The position numbers and the translations under genes are program-made. Shown piece by piece: positions 16,918 through 37,853 of a stretch of 64,000 bases of DNA (within the stretch, counting starts at the first letter, position 1; each line of letters begins with the position of its first letter). The notes under the pieces were generated by a model. That model ran no database searches. It was given only the letters and a program-made list of their open reading frames with translations, and was not told the DNA's origin. The stretch spans positions 145,390,001 through 145,454,000 of the forward strand of contig OZ024743.1 of NCBI GenBank assembly GCA_964016885.1, given 5' to 3'. This stretch comes from Eledone cirrhosa (Eukaryota).

Positions 16918-17583
16918 GAGAGAGAGGGGGGAGCATGTGTGTGAGTGTATGAATGAGTGAGTGAGTGAAAGAGAGAAAGAGTGAGAGAGAGGTGAAGAAA
17001 ATTAAAAGCAATATTAAGCGATATTTTCCATTAATAGCTTTTTCCATTACCACTATTATTTTCGTCACAACATGGCTTTGGGGTAATGTGAGTTAATTCC
17101 ACTTTCATATCCTGCTACTTAAACCAGAATAAAGAAATCTGTTCTGTTTTGATGGTGGTTAGCTTGTTTTGTAAAATATGTGTTTTTCATTGGCTATTAT
17201 ATTCATGGGATTACTGTACCTGTGTAATCCTTTAAACAGTTTGATTTGTTTCGATGATTTGATTTGTAAGATGTGTTGCTTTGTCTTCTCTATTTTGGAA
17301 AATTTCTGTGTTTATGCGTTTGTTTACAGGTGTAGATATTTCTGTATGCGTAGGTGTTTGTGTGGCTGTTGAAACATGAACGTGTGTGTTTGTGCATTTG
17401 CAGAATGACAGGATGGTGATTGATGTGTGAATTTATTTTTAAAAAGATGCAAAAGGTTTTGTTTTGATGGATGGTATTATTTTTTAGGTTTTAGTTTTTG
17501 AAGGTGAGCTATTTTAGAGGGAAGAAATGTTCCAAAATCGCTTCAAAAGGCACACAAAGAAATACATTTTATTCTTTCCTTTC

Positions 17584-17776
17584 AATAATTGTTTCTACTT
17601 TAGGCACAAGGCCAGCAATTACCCAGTGCATTACTGGTACTTTATTTTATCGACCCCGTAAGGATGAAAGGCAAAGTCAACCTCGGCGGGATTTGAACTC
17701 AGATCGTAAAGGGACATAACTATGCTGGAAAGCATGGCGTCCGATCCTCTACCGATACTGCCAATCCACCGCCCTC
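17584..17776 (-). mobile_element. tRNA-derived SINE, full length, with probable TSD
   Basis: A box TGGCAGTATCGG, B box GAGTTCAAATCC; CTTTCCTTTCAATAAT occurs at both ends (~17,574 and ~17,789). Confidence 0.9.
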
Positions 17777-18239
17777 TTTCTTTCCTTTCTTTCCTTTCAA
17801 TAATGAAATCCCATATCGGCCATCATCGGTCATCAACATGTCGTTTCAGCAGGCACACAAATACACACACGCATAAGTAGCAACCAACACACCTACACGG
17901 AAACTACACAACAGCTAATCAAATCACACATCTTAAAAAATTAAATTAACCCCCATCGAAACACAAAGGCTTGCTTTCATTCTATTTTAAGAGTCAAAAT
18001 CTGCCGTTGGAGCAATAGCGCCTGCCCTATATTACCTGGAAAGCCATGTGTATGCGCAAATAATGACTGTGGTGTAAAAACAGAATATGAAGCTATTAAT
18101 GATATATGTGATTGTTTCTCTATGCTTGGGTCCTTGTCTGGGTATGTTTATACTGGCCTCAAAAACGGTTTTGTTTTATTGTTGATTTGTTGTTCATTGG
18201 TTATCCTTTTATGTTCAGTAAATTAACGGTTTGACAATT

Positions 18240-18510
18240 AGGGATCGATAAAATAAGTACCAAACTAAAATAACTACTGGGGTGGATATGAGTGACTAAA
18301 ACCTTGAATGTGGTGCCTCGTCATGGCAGCAATATATATGTATACTCTCATCCCTTTAATATTTTACTAGTTTCACTCATCGAACTACAGCCATGCTGGT
18401 TTAGTTAATCATATCGACCTTTAGTCAATTTTATCCATAAAATAGGTTCTACAAGTCTGGTTCTTATTTCATCGATCTCTATCTCTCGAATAAAAATGTT
18501 AAAGACATAA
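18240..18510. mobile_element. Degenerate SINE-like fragments in opposite orientations
   Basis: GATCGATAAAATAAGTACCA..CATGGCAGCA on +; GCCATGCTGG..ATCGACC..TCTTATTTCATCGATC matches the same motifs reversed. Confidence 0.5.
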
Positions 18511-19009
18511 ACAATTATGTATTCGAGCTTTCTGTTTGGTGCATTAACTTGTACCAGCTACATAGGCTTTTTTCCGTTAAAGCTTCAAAACGCAAATCCT
18601 CTCTCCCAGCGAGATCCATTCCATAATACATTCCGACAGCCGGGGACTTGTGAGTATCCTCACTCACTCCTGTGCAATCCTTTCTGGCACAAAACTTGAA
18701 TAATGGATTTTCCACCTTCGATACCAGAGCCACGGAACTTTGATGAGGAAACCTATATTTAGCCAGTAACATCTGGCCTCCTCCAAAATGTCTTGCTTTT
18801 CACCCTTTTTATTGTCTCTGTTCTATTTTGATCTAATCGATTCTATGCTGGATGTTCGTGTTCGTGTCAACTGATCACCATCTAGATCTGCAATCTGGAA
18901 CTTCCTAAAGTCAAGAAAACTTTCTTAACTGGTAAATCCAGCTCGACCAACAGAATAAAGTGAGAAGTGCCGACTAATAAGGAGGTCTTCCTCTTCTTAT
19001 CGATTTGCT

Positions 19010-19200
19010 GCACCACACCCATCCAGTGTTGCGCACTGAGCCTTGCCTGGGGTGTTAAGGTTTCAAGGTGGTTAAGTGTGTACAAACTTTCAAGATTGGA
19101 GCAAACTAGAAGGTGCTCCATAGTTTGTAATTGCCCGCATTGGCAGTTGGAATCATCATCGTTGGCATATCCCCCTTTGTAGACAAAGACACTCTTTTGA
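19010..19200 (-). pseudogene. 3' end of a non-LTR retrotransposon ORF, Ingi/Vingi-like zinc-finger region
   Basis: Minus strand reads KGGYANDDDSNCQCGQLQTMEHLLVCSNL...AQHW (CxC..QTMxHLLxC pattern); clade assignment from memory of the motif. Confidence 0.5.
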
Positions 19201-19684
19201 GGTGTTCAAATCTACAAAACAGAAAGCAATAGTGATAACTACTTCAATAATAGTTGCAAGGGAAATAACTCTTTCGACGTCAGTAGAGCTAAATATTATT
19301 GCTTTGTTGTTTTTATATATGATGTAATAGGGAGTGACTCTTATCGTAATGCTAACTGGAGAATGTAACGGATGCATTTCGATATATGTAGATCTACCCT
19401 GCACTGCGAGTTAACTTAGCAGGTTGTCCTCACTAGAATGACCGACTTATATATAGAAACATAAATGATAGTGTTGTATGTGGTCTGTGCATAACAAGTA
19501 TAAATGAGATGTACCTATAATTCAAAGGGCCAACTTTTTCACCTGCTGTATCATGATGACTACGTTAAAGATACACATTTCATGCTCAGCCACATGCACA
19601 TTAATTTCACATGCAGACTGCTCCATTGTTCGAACAATTGGAACACACGCCGTCGAAATCGGTGGAGTTCTAACAACAGAAACA

Positions 19685-19718
<34 letters not shown>

Positions 19719-19771
19719 GTGGGAAAGTAAAAAATCGGAGAATAGACCGTTAAAACATGTTTATTTAAAAT

Positions 19772-19815
19772 ATCACCTACGTACGTTTCGCCCAGTTGGG
19801 CTTCTCAAGGGCATA
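19772..19815 (-). ncRNA. Hammerhead ribozyme, U3-A8 core variant
   Basis: TTGAGAA-GCCCA/TGGGC-GAAA-CGTACG (palindrome)-TA; stem I short and imperfect. Confidence 0.6.
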
Positions 19816-20264
19816 AATAATCACAAGTGTTCCTTATATAGTTCGGAAAGAGTTTTGGGGGTTAAATCTACATCAAGATTCATTGCTCGCAAAAATATCT
19901 TGTTTTGATTTTGCAGCAGGTCAAGGGAGGTAACTCTGGCCGGTGTTAGGGCAGTCTTTCCCGGATATATATATTTTTTTTTTCTGCCGCATCCGTTTGT
20001 CTGAGGCTGGGTCTGGTATGCAAGGATTGTTTTCTGGGTGTTATTTTGCTGCGCCTGCCCGCCGGGGTGTTAAGACTTGTTGCAGGGAGATCCAGTGTAC
20101 TATTTCACTCTTCATTCTTAACCCATCTAAAGAAGGATATTTTTAAGCGATGTGTATAAACTCACTCAGAGAAGTGTGCTCAACGAAACAGAGAGAGAGG
20201 ATAAAGTTATAAGGATCGAAATATCACGATACATTAACGAAGCCATAGACTCTCGCCGTTCCCT

Positions 20265-20318
<54 letters not shown>

Positions 20319-20452
20319 CGAAACATAAGTCAATTGCATGAACTCATAATCCTTTATTTACTGCTATATATATTTCGATGATAGCCATTGAATGGCTATG
20401 ACCTCACCAGGCAGTTAGTTAGTTCTTATATATGCTAGCTCTGTGTTTATGG

Positions 20453-20498
<46 letters not shown>

Positions 20499-20541
20499 AT
20501 TTCGTATTTCAAAAGAAATACGATTTTAGGAAGCCGTAGGG

Positions 20542-20584
<43 letters not shown>

Positions 20585-20623
20585 TACACACACACATATA
20601 TATATATATAGATATACATATAA

Positions 20624-21406
<783 letters not shown>

Positions 21407-21409
<3 letters not shown>

Positions 21410-22104
21410 TATGTATACAGACGTACAGTAGTATGCATATATATACATACATGCACACATATATATATGTACGTATGGATTTATCGAACATATATTATAA
21501 TGCTCGGTGTGTTTGTAAACAAACATCCCGAATTAAGTCGACAGTGTTTAGCAACCATCGTTGCCTTTTTGTTCAACACTTTCAAAAGAACGATGTACTA
21601 GTTTCAAGCTCATTAGCTATCGTCAGCACCGTATACCTTCCTGCCAGATGATTGAACGTCTGAAAGTATATACTTTCCTTATGCCGTTTATCGTTTTCGG
21701 TGCGCCCGGACGATTAATCACTCGATATGCAAATTAGGCTGCTCAGCCGTTAATATGCATAAGGAAAGTATATACTTTCAGACGTTCAATCATCTGGCAG
21801 GAAGGTATACGGTGCTGACGATAGCTAATAATCTTGAAACTAGTACATCGTTCCTTTGTCAGTGTTGAACAAAAGGGCAACGATGGTTGCTAAACACTGT
21901 ACAGCTTAATTCGGGATGTTTGTTACAAACACACCGAGCATTATAATAAATGCTCGGTAAATTCATACGTACATATATTTATATGTGTACATGTATGTGT
22001 ACTGTACGTCTGTATACATATATGTATGTACGTATACATACTTATATTTAAGTAACAGCCGTACTAAGAGTGAGAAATGAAATTTCGTTTCATTTTTTCC
22101 GTTT
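21407..22104. mobile_element. Head-to-head inverted pLTR pair (arms ~21,407-21,684 and 21,757-22,025) with an HHR in each arm
   Basis: Arms are reverse complements; the 3' end recurs at 41,690-41,900. Confidence 0.85.
21591..21631 (-). ncRNA. Minimal type I hammerhead (mirror copy 21,810-21,850 on +, stem II damaged)
   Basis: CGGTG-CTGACGA-T-AGCT/AGCT-T-GAAA-CTAG-TA-CATCG. Confidence 0.8.
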
Positions 22105-22165
22105 ATATATATATATATATACAAATACATATATATATATAAATATATATATAGATATATACATA

Positions 22166-22202
<37 letters not shown>

Positions 22203-22207
<5 letters not shown>

Positions 22208-22410
22208 TAAAAGGAAAAGAAAATGCTGACAAATTTTTCCCAGTGAAAAATAGTTTAATTAGGAATAAGTAAAAATTAGTAATAAGTATTGGTTAGTATT
22301 CAGTTTTAGTTTTAAGTTTTTACTGGTTGCGCATTGCTAATGCTTTTCAAAAATAATTTTGAGATAGAGCGCCCGTGAAGTTTCACGGGCACTCTATCTT
22401 AAAATTATTA
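22203..22410 (-). repeat. Dispersed pLTR-like repeat ending in a fold-back hairpin
   Basis: Reverse complement matches 46,970-47,155; hairpin GATAGAGCGCCCGTGAA-G-TTTCACGGGCACTCTATC. Confidence 0.65.
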
Positions 22411-22570
22411 ATACTCATCTTTTTCCATTTCTCCGAGGGTTCATAACCCCACTATCAGGCTAAATAATTTCTTTAATTTCTTTAGTCAAAATACCGCGAT
22501 AGCTTACATTTCTAATAATTTCAAACCCACTCGCTGTTTCGAAAATATTCTTATATATATATATATATAT

Positions 22571-23332
22571 GAGAGACGTAAAATAAGAAAATTATAAAAT
22601 TAACTTACTTACTAAAATATCACTTCCAACTAATTAGTTTCTGGAATGGAATAATTATATTTTCCGAAGAAAATACGGAGAATCATTCCGTCGTCAGGGA
22701 AGACTATTCTCATTTAAGTATCCAGGCAAAGCGTGGACTCTGGAAACTTATTAAAAAATAATTCAGTGGATAGAAAATAGCAAAGCGTGGAATGAATTCC
22801 TAGCCATTGAGAAAATCACTGCCTCTGCGTCGGTGGCAAATTCAAAAAGAATCAATCACGTGACATCGAGGTCAATCAGTGGAAAGTGGTTTGCTAATAA
22901 GACAGCAGCCTGCCTGCTACCATAGCAGCAGTCATGGCCAATATTGCTCGACAAATAATTTGGAGATAATTATAAAGAATTAATATCTAGTAACATATAT
23001 ATACATACAGATGCATATCAATGCTAGCAAATATATAGGTTTTGTCTTAGTAACTTTGTGGTTCAATGCATGGGGTTGCAGAACAATAATATGACGACGG
23101 AATGATTCTCTGTATTTTCTTCGGAAAATATATTTATTCCATTCCAGAAACTAATTAGTTGGAAGTGATATTTTAGTAAGTAAGTTAATTTTATAATTTT
23201 CTTATTTTACGTCTCTCATATTATTGTTCTGCAACCCCATGCATTGAACCACAAAGTTACTAAGACAAAACCTATATATTTGCTAGCATTGATATGCATC
23301 TGTATGTATATATATGTTACTAGATATTAATT

Positions 23333-23338
<6 letters not shown>
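22571..23338. mobile_element. 522-nt HHR element (retrozyme-like), copy 1: one permuted monomer on - plus a partial inverted copy on +
   Basis: 22,571-23,092 is one full turn; its two ends are contiguous (CGTCTCTCATATTATTGTTC) in the + copy at ~23,210. Confidence 0.8.
22623..22702 (-). ncRNA. Type I hammerhead ribozyme
   Basis: CTTCC-CTGACGA-C-GGAATG/CATTCC-A-GAAA-CTAATTAG-TT-GGAAG; inner TATTTTC-TTCG-GAAAATA hairpin. Confidence 0.85.
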
Positions 23339-23377
<39 letters not shown>

Positions 23378-23392
23378 TAGTAATAATAATAA

Positions 23393-23950
<558 letters not shown>

Positions 23951-24006
23951 TAGTAATAATAATAAATTTATATATATATATATATATTTATATAAATATA
24001 TATATA

Positions 24007-24067
<61 letters not shown>

Positions 24068-24136
24068 TATGAAGAGAGAAGAAACATTTAGATATAATTA
24101 GTAATAAAATGTATCATACCTAAACTGCTCCTAAAT

Positions 24137-24226
24137 TCCTCGACTACGTAGTTTCGTGGCATAAACAAAAACAATATATCATAAAGATATAGAGTCCTTG
24201 CGAGGTCTGCCGACTTATCAAGAGGA
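24137..24226 (-). ncRNA. Type I hammerhead, U3-A8 variant
   Basis: TCCTC-TTGATAA-GT(C)GGCA..TGCCAC-GAAA-CTACGTAG-TC-GAGGA. Confidence 0.8.
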
Positions 24227-24731
24227 TACCTCGTTTTACTAGTCTCAAGAACGCGTCTACACGACGTGAGAAAGAATCCCAAAAGGCGGAGGGGGAGATA
24301 GTCACGCGATAGAACGGTCGAGAAACAGAGCTAAGCCTCTTATAACCCCGAAGAAAATACCACGGAGGCGGAGGGGGTATTAATATCGAGGCCGTAGAAG
24401 AGGTGGTGAAAAAGGCGAGAAGTATGAGTAATGGAAGCTTTCCAGCTGTCCCCACACTTCAAAGATTGCTCGACCAGAGGGAGTTATTAACAATATATTT
24501 AGAAACACACAGATACATGCGGACACACACATATATACATGAATGCATCCGCACCCAACTGTGAGTTAAGGGTGCCAACTTCACCGATGTTGCTCAATGA
24601 ATGACTGGGACAGACCAATTCAGTTGGACTAGACTGAACCAGTATCAGAGTTAAAAATACATTATGAAGAGAGAAGAAACATTTAGATATAATTAGTAAT
24701 AAAATGTATCATACCTAAACTGCTCCTAAAT

Positions 24732-24821
24732 TCCTCGACTACGTAGTTTCGTGGCATAAACAAAAACAATATATCATAAAGATATAGAGTCCTTGCGAGG
24801 TCTGCCGACTTATCAAGAGGA
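24732..24821 (-). ncRNA. Type I hammerhead, tandem copy of 24,137-24,226
   Basis: Same sequence, offset 595 nt. Confidence 0.8.
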
Positions 24822-24924
24822 TACCTCATTTTACTAGTCTCAAGAACGCGTCTACACGACGTGAGAAAGAATCCCAAAAGGCGGATATATATATATATAT
24901 ACATATATGTATATATATATATAC

Positions 24925-28503
<3,579 letters not shown>

Positions 28504-28519
28504 TATATATATATATATA

Positions 28520-28845
28520 TACGATATTAAATAAAATGGAAACTATATTTATAAAACCATATTTATTTCATTATACATATTTCAGGGATACCAAATCAAA
28601 GCATGGTATGCCTTCATCAGACAAAATACAATATATAAACAGTTTTATAAATAATTTTGACGTACCCTATTAGAAGCGACCATTACTTTTGGATAGGGTA
28701 CGTCAAAATTATTTATAAAACTGTTTATATATTGTATTTTGTCTGATGAAGGCATACCATGTTTTGATTTGGTATCCCTGAAATATGTATAATGAAATAA
28801 ATATGGTTTTATAAATATAGTTTCCATTTATTTAATATCGTATAT
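28520..28845. mobile_element. Inverted repeat (~150-bp arms, ~22-bp spacer) with HHRs
   Basis: Arms ~28,520-28,670 and 28,693-28,845 are reverse complements. Confidence 0.9.
28735..28799 (+). ncRNA. Type I hammerhead (mirror copy ~28,564-28,628 on -)
   Basis: TATTTTGT-CTGATGA-AGGCATACCA/TGGTATCCCT-GAAA-TATGTA-TA-ATGAAATA. Confidence 0.8.
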
Positions 28846-28927
28846 CTACTCCAAAAACTTGTCGAGTGCTTTATATCGGTTATAAAATATTTACTTGTTG
28901 TATCCCAACAATTTTAAATAAAACTTT

Positions 28928-29001
<74 letters not shown>

Positions 29002-29003
<2 letters not shown>

Positions 29004-29252
29004 ACAAGATGGCGTAGGACAGAACAAAGGAGAGGCACAAAAACAAAGAAAAGAATCCCCAGTCACTGAAGAGGTCACAGAATGTGTGACGAAAGAACTT
29101 TGACAATATATGAACAATCGTCTGGTTATGGAACTAACCAACCAACCGGAAATTTATAAATTCTTAAATTTATAAATTTAATTTATAATAAATTGAAGTG
29201 AAAGCAACTGGTGCGTGTGTTTCTTATTGGCAACATGACCCTCCCAAAGCAT

Positions 29253-29260
<8 letters not shown>
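29002..29260 (+). mobile_element. pLTR-like fragment with HHR at 29,062-29,104
   Basis: GTCA-CTGAAGA-G-GTCACA/TGTGAC-GAAA-GAAC-TT-TGAC; near-identical reverse copy at 63,400-63,650. Confidence 0.8.
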
Positions 29261-29310
<50 letters not shown>

Positions 29311-29316
<6 letters not shown>

Positions 29317-29493
29317 GTTTCTACTTTAGGCACAAGGCCAGCAATTACCCAGTGCATTACTGGTACTTTATTTTATCGACCCCGTAAGGATGAAAGGCAA
29401 AGTCAACCTCGGCGGGATTTGAACTCAGATCGTAAAGGGACGTAACTATGCTGGAAAGCATGGCGTCCGACCCTCCACCGATACTGCCAATCC
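29311..29493 (-). mobile_element. tRNA-derived SINE
   Basis: Near-identical to 17,584-17,776. Confidence 0.9.
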
Positions 29494-30031
29494 ATATATA
29501 ATGATTGATGAAACACGATTTCGAGTCATGCTATCGTTTGCTACTTAAGCGCGAGCACCATAGGGGTGTCCCTTTAGTCCTACTATGAACTTGCACACTT
29601 TTGCACAGATGTTGCAACGATGGAGGCCTCTCGCAGTAGGCGTTACAATGTGATATTGCTTTTTTAGGCTACAGCCAGCCATGCCATGCAACGCAAGAGC
29701 TGTGACATATCAATTGATGTCTGTGCTTGAAGCTTTTTAAAGAGACGGAAGGCTGTGCACGGAACCCATTTAACCAAAACGTAGAACTTGTCTTCATCAT
29801 TGGAGGCTAACGAAATCGCAGATTTTACGTCAGAGTAACCTTCTCCTAGAGAGATGCCTTAATGGAGGCTAGGGGTCTCTCTCACTCCACTGCCGCCTCA
29901 AAAAATGTTTTATTCGATGGCCGTTGATTCTTTTGATTTCTTCCACCCTTTATGTCTGGTCGCCCTTCAGCACTACCAGTAACATGTAACCTAGTACAAC
30001 CTGTGCATGCTCGGGTTGTGAAAGAGTGGAT

Positions 30032-30091
<60 letters not shown>

Positions 30092-30113
30092 ATAGATAGA
30101 TAGATAGATAGAT

Positions 30114-31099
30114 ATGTTTCTTTTATTTGCCACCAGGGCATCAAAAGTGGGACAAGTACAATGGGGGGAGTTTACAAAACAAGGCGTCCTCAATAAGGAG
30201 GAGGCAATAACAATATATAAAAATAAAATAAAATATAACAAAAAATAAAATTTATAACAAAGTCCTCAATAGAGAGGAGGCGCCTTGGGGGGTCGCACAC
30301 ACCCCCGAAAAAAAGTGTGCAGCCCTTTTCCTCGGGAGCACAGAGAAGGGGTGCTCCCTTGGTCTTTCATCTTCCTCACCTATAGTCTGATGTAGAGTGA
30401 AGACCCATTCACACGGGCCATTCTCGCCACTTTCACCCATCTTTCATAAAAACGGCTGGGGTGCAGCACCTCTCTCTCCATCCTGATCCTTCTTCCGAAA
30501 TGATATCGGAAGAAACGGACCAGTTGTTGGCCAGAGAGAAAGGTGTCTGACCTCAGTCCTTTCAGACGCGTCCACCATACAACCTCTTTCGCCATGGCTA
30601 TTACGCACAGAAACACCGCCTCTTCTTCGTTTTTGAAGAGGGGAGGCGGCTTGATCGTTACAATAGACTCGGTGGTCAACCGGATCGGTCCCACCCTTGA
30701 CAGCAGTTGTTCGACATAGCCCCACAGATCGGCAATGCCCGAGCAGTGTACCAATTCGTGTGCAACGGTTTCCTCGTCGCACACGCATCTGGGACAGATC
30801 TTTTTCGAGGGGTCCCTACCCGGGCGCCCGTGTCTGTAGAGCCTTTCTCGAACGGGCAGAACCCTTCTGTAGCATTGCCAGGCCAGGGACCTCTGGAAGT
30901 TATCCATGGGTCCCGGGCTGAATGTCCTACCGAACAGGTTGGCCAGTTCGTCTTCCTCCATGCCTAGGGCTTCTCCGAGGGCGTCGTCGCACCTGCTAAC
31001 CACCAGCCCTCTATAGAATGACGAGGTGGATTCTCCACTGACAGCCGGGTCCGCCTGCCAGAGAGCCGTGAGCGCCTGGGCACACTCGGTGTGCCAGGC
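30114..31099 (-). mobile_element. 5'-truncated L1/Tx1-clade LINE inside (GATA)n
   Basis: ORF 30,380-31,003 has LAWQCYRRVLPV..CPRC..EETVAHELVHC (zf-RVT-like); AATAAA precedes an (ATCT)n tail; (GATA)n on both flanks. Confidence 0.85.
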
Positions 31100-31187
<88 letters not shown>

Positions 31188-31549
31188 CTTTCTACTTTAA
31201 AATGATTAGTAAAATATTAAGCACTGCAATCTTATCTCATGAAATCATCCTTTCTAATAACTCCTGAAATGACCAATTAACAGCTTTAATGCATTTTAAC
31301 ATATTTGTGAAAAACACCCATAACTCATTAATTTTACATGTCAAAAACACTATATTCACAAGCGGTGTTTTTGTCTTTGTAGTTTGAATCTTGTATAATT
31401 CTTGATAATTTGTCTTACGATTTTGAACAAACTGATAATATTTCTTCTTTCTCCACAATTGATGAAATATTCTAATCTCGTTGAAACGACCGTAGATGTA
31501 TATATAAATAATAAGATAATATTTATCCTTGGTCTTATTGAATTTTGAA

Positions 31550-31580
<31 letters not shown>

Positions 31581-31668
31581 CAAAATGACATAAATGTGCA
31601 CATATATGTGTGTGGGGGGAGGCGGTGCACAGTGGGAATCATCTTTTTATATACATATATTTATATAC

Positions 31669-31871
<203 letters not shown>

Positions 31872-32483
31872 ATATATTTCCTTAAGCTGTGTTGTTTTAA
31901 TGACATATCTTGAATTTCAGGAATTTCAATTTAACGAGATCTTAAAGTCAACCTGGCAAGAAAATATTTCTGACATTTAAAATATATTTGTCTAAATTGA
32001 AAATAAAGAATATGAACTGATTTGGATAAGGTTTAAATTTCAACAGTATTTTAACTACATGTTTTTTTCTATTATATTTATTTCAAATATTCTATCTAAA
32101 TGTTATTAAAAAGTCACTTTAGCAAGCTTGAGTAAGCAAATAAGAGATAGCATGTCAAAACTGTTTACTAGATGATACAGAAATACTTGTTTAGGATAGT
32201 CAACTTATAGATCTGTCGTTTGAGGGTGTTGATTAATCTGTCAGAAAACCAGTGAAATCACCTTAACTCTAACATGAATTATTTTATATCACTCTTTGGT
32301 AGTTTAACATTTTCAGCTTAACTGTCATATATTTCGCTATTTCATGAACTTTCAACCAATATCCAAAACATCTTCATTAAGTTTATGTATTCAAAGATGC
32401 GAAGTTCGATGTTTTCCTGTATAAATTGGATCTAAAAATTATTTTCATATCGTTTGTCATATATATATATATATATATATATA

Positions 32484-36507
<4,024 letters not shown>

Positions 36508-36541
36508 GGATTTAAATGGATACAGTTTAGTTAAAAGGAAT

Positions 36542-36662
36542 TTATTGACACGTGTTTCAATAACAGTTACATAACCTGAAAACAGCTGCTATCTACAAAG
36601 TATTAGTTATGCAGAAATTCAATATTTCAATGTTATTATCAACTGTCATTTCATCAGAATAA
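36542..36662 (-). ncRNA. Type I hammerhead with long stem II insertion
   Basis: TTATT-CTGATGA-AATGACAGTT/AACTGTTATT-GAAA-CACGTG-TC-AATAA. Confidence 0.85.
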
Positions 36663-37187
36663 TTTTACTGAGGACCTGTTTGGTTTTTATAGAGAATATT
36701 AGGAGGGAGGGGTGAAATTGTTAGAAGAATAGTTGAGGGAGTGGTTTTTTGATAGCAGTGAGAATTTTTGGTGGCAGTGAGTAATTAGATTCCCATCTGT
36801 TGTTTTGACATTTTTATAGAATATATTATTGGTTATTTTTCTAAATCTATAGAAGGATTAGAGATAGTATAGATATGCATGGTTGGTTTTGTGTTTGCAC
36901 TTAATTAACATTCAGACTTAAATTTTTCTTTCAAGTGTACGTATCCTTTCGCCCACGGATTCACACACAAACATATATGCACACCTCTACAAAATACATA
37001 TACTCACATACACATACTTACATGCTCATACTTACATACATATACACATGCACACACATATATATACATATATCTACACATATATACATGTACATACATA
37101 CGCATCCATGTGTATACATTTTCATACTCAACTTATCTTTATATACACACGTATAGACACACACATATATACATACATACTCCAGTC

Positions 37188-37230
<43 letters not shown>

Positions 37231-37853
37231 ACTTTAATACATGAATACACTTACATCCAACTATACACATCAAACATATATATATATATTTACTTATTTA
37301 TATACATTTTCACATATATATACATACATATGGTCGCTTTTAGACACATTCATTATAGCATATTTGCACCTATTCTCATCAGCATATCTTTCCATTATTA
37401 GTGTGGTAATTTAAGGTTATTAATATACATATATATGTTGAGAAGAGATTGTTTTTATATTTTTCTAACTAGATTGATGTTTATATAGTTGGGGGGATGT
37501 CCCTCTTTTATGTAATATTCAGCTTGTAGTGGGAAAAAAGGGTTTTAGTTCGGTGACGGCAGAATAATGTTCGTTCAATTCTGTTATTCAGCAATTTCTT
37601 CTTGTGTGTGATTATGTAATAAATCTCAAGATTACACAATTTGCAGAAATTTTGGCTCCTGGAAAAGCTTTGGGTTTTAGCTAATTTCTCCCATTTTAGG
37701 GTAAACTTTTGATCGCTATCCCTGAGCGTCCAAGCTTTTTCTGCTAAAGTTGTTACATTTCTTTGGCTCTGGTGTTTTATTGAGTAAGAATGCCTATATA
37801 ATCGAGATTTAAACAATGTTGCCGTTGATCCCACGTAATACCACCTGTATACT

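Larger units (their letters stand above)
24063..24885 (-). mobile_element. 595-nt non-coding unit with ~225-bp direct repeats, each containing an HHR (retrozyme-like)
   Basis: 24,063-24,289 repeated almost exactly at 24,658-24,884; (TA)n on both flanks. Confidence 0.8.

Noticed and set aside
18515-18900. Possible host exon on the minus strand with a GTGAGT donor
   Set aside because: No recognisable protein similarity or supporting exons; a BLASTX or RNA-seq check would be needed.
22220-22345. GAAA-AATTTG-TC-AGCATT on the minus strand resembling an HHR 3' half
   Set aside because: CTGANGA core absent here and in the copy near 47,010-47,135.
24144-24455. 103-aa ORF with a signal-peptide-like start in the 595-nt element
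   Set aside because: Non-ATG start, runs through the ribozyme, no recognisable motif.
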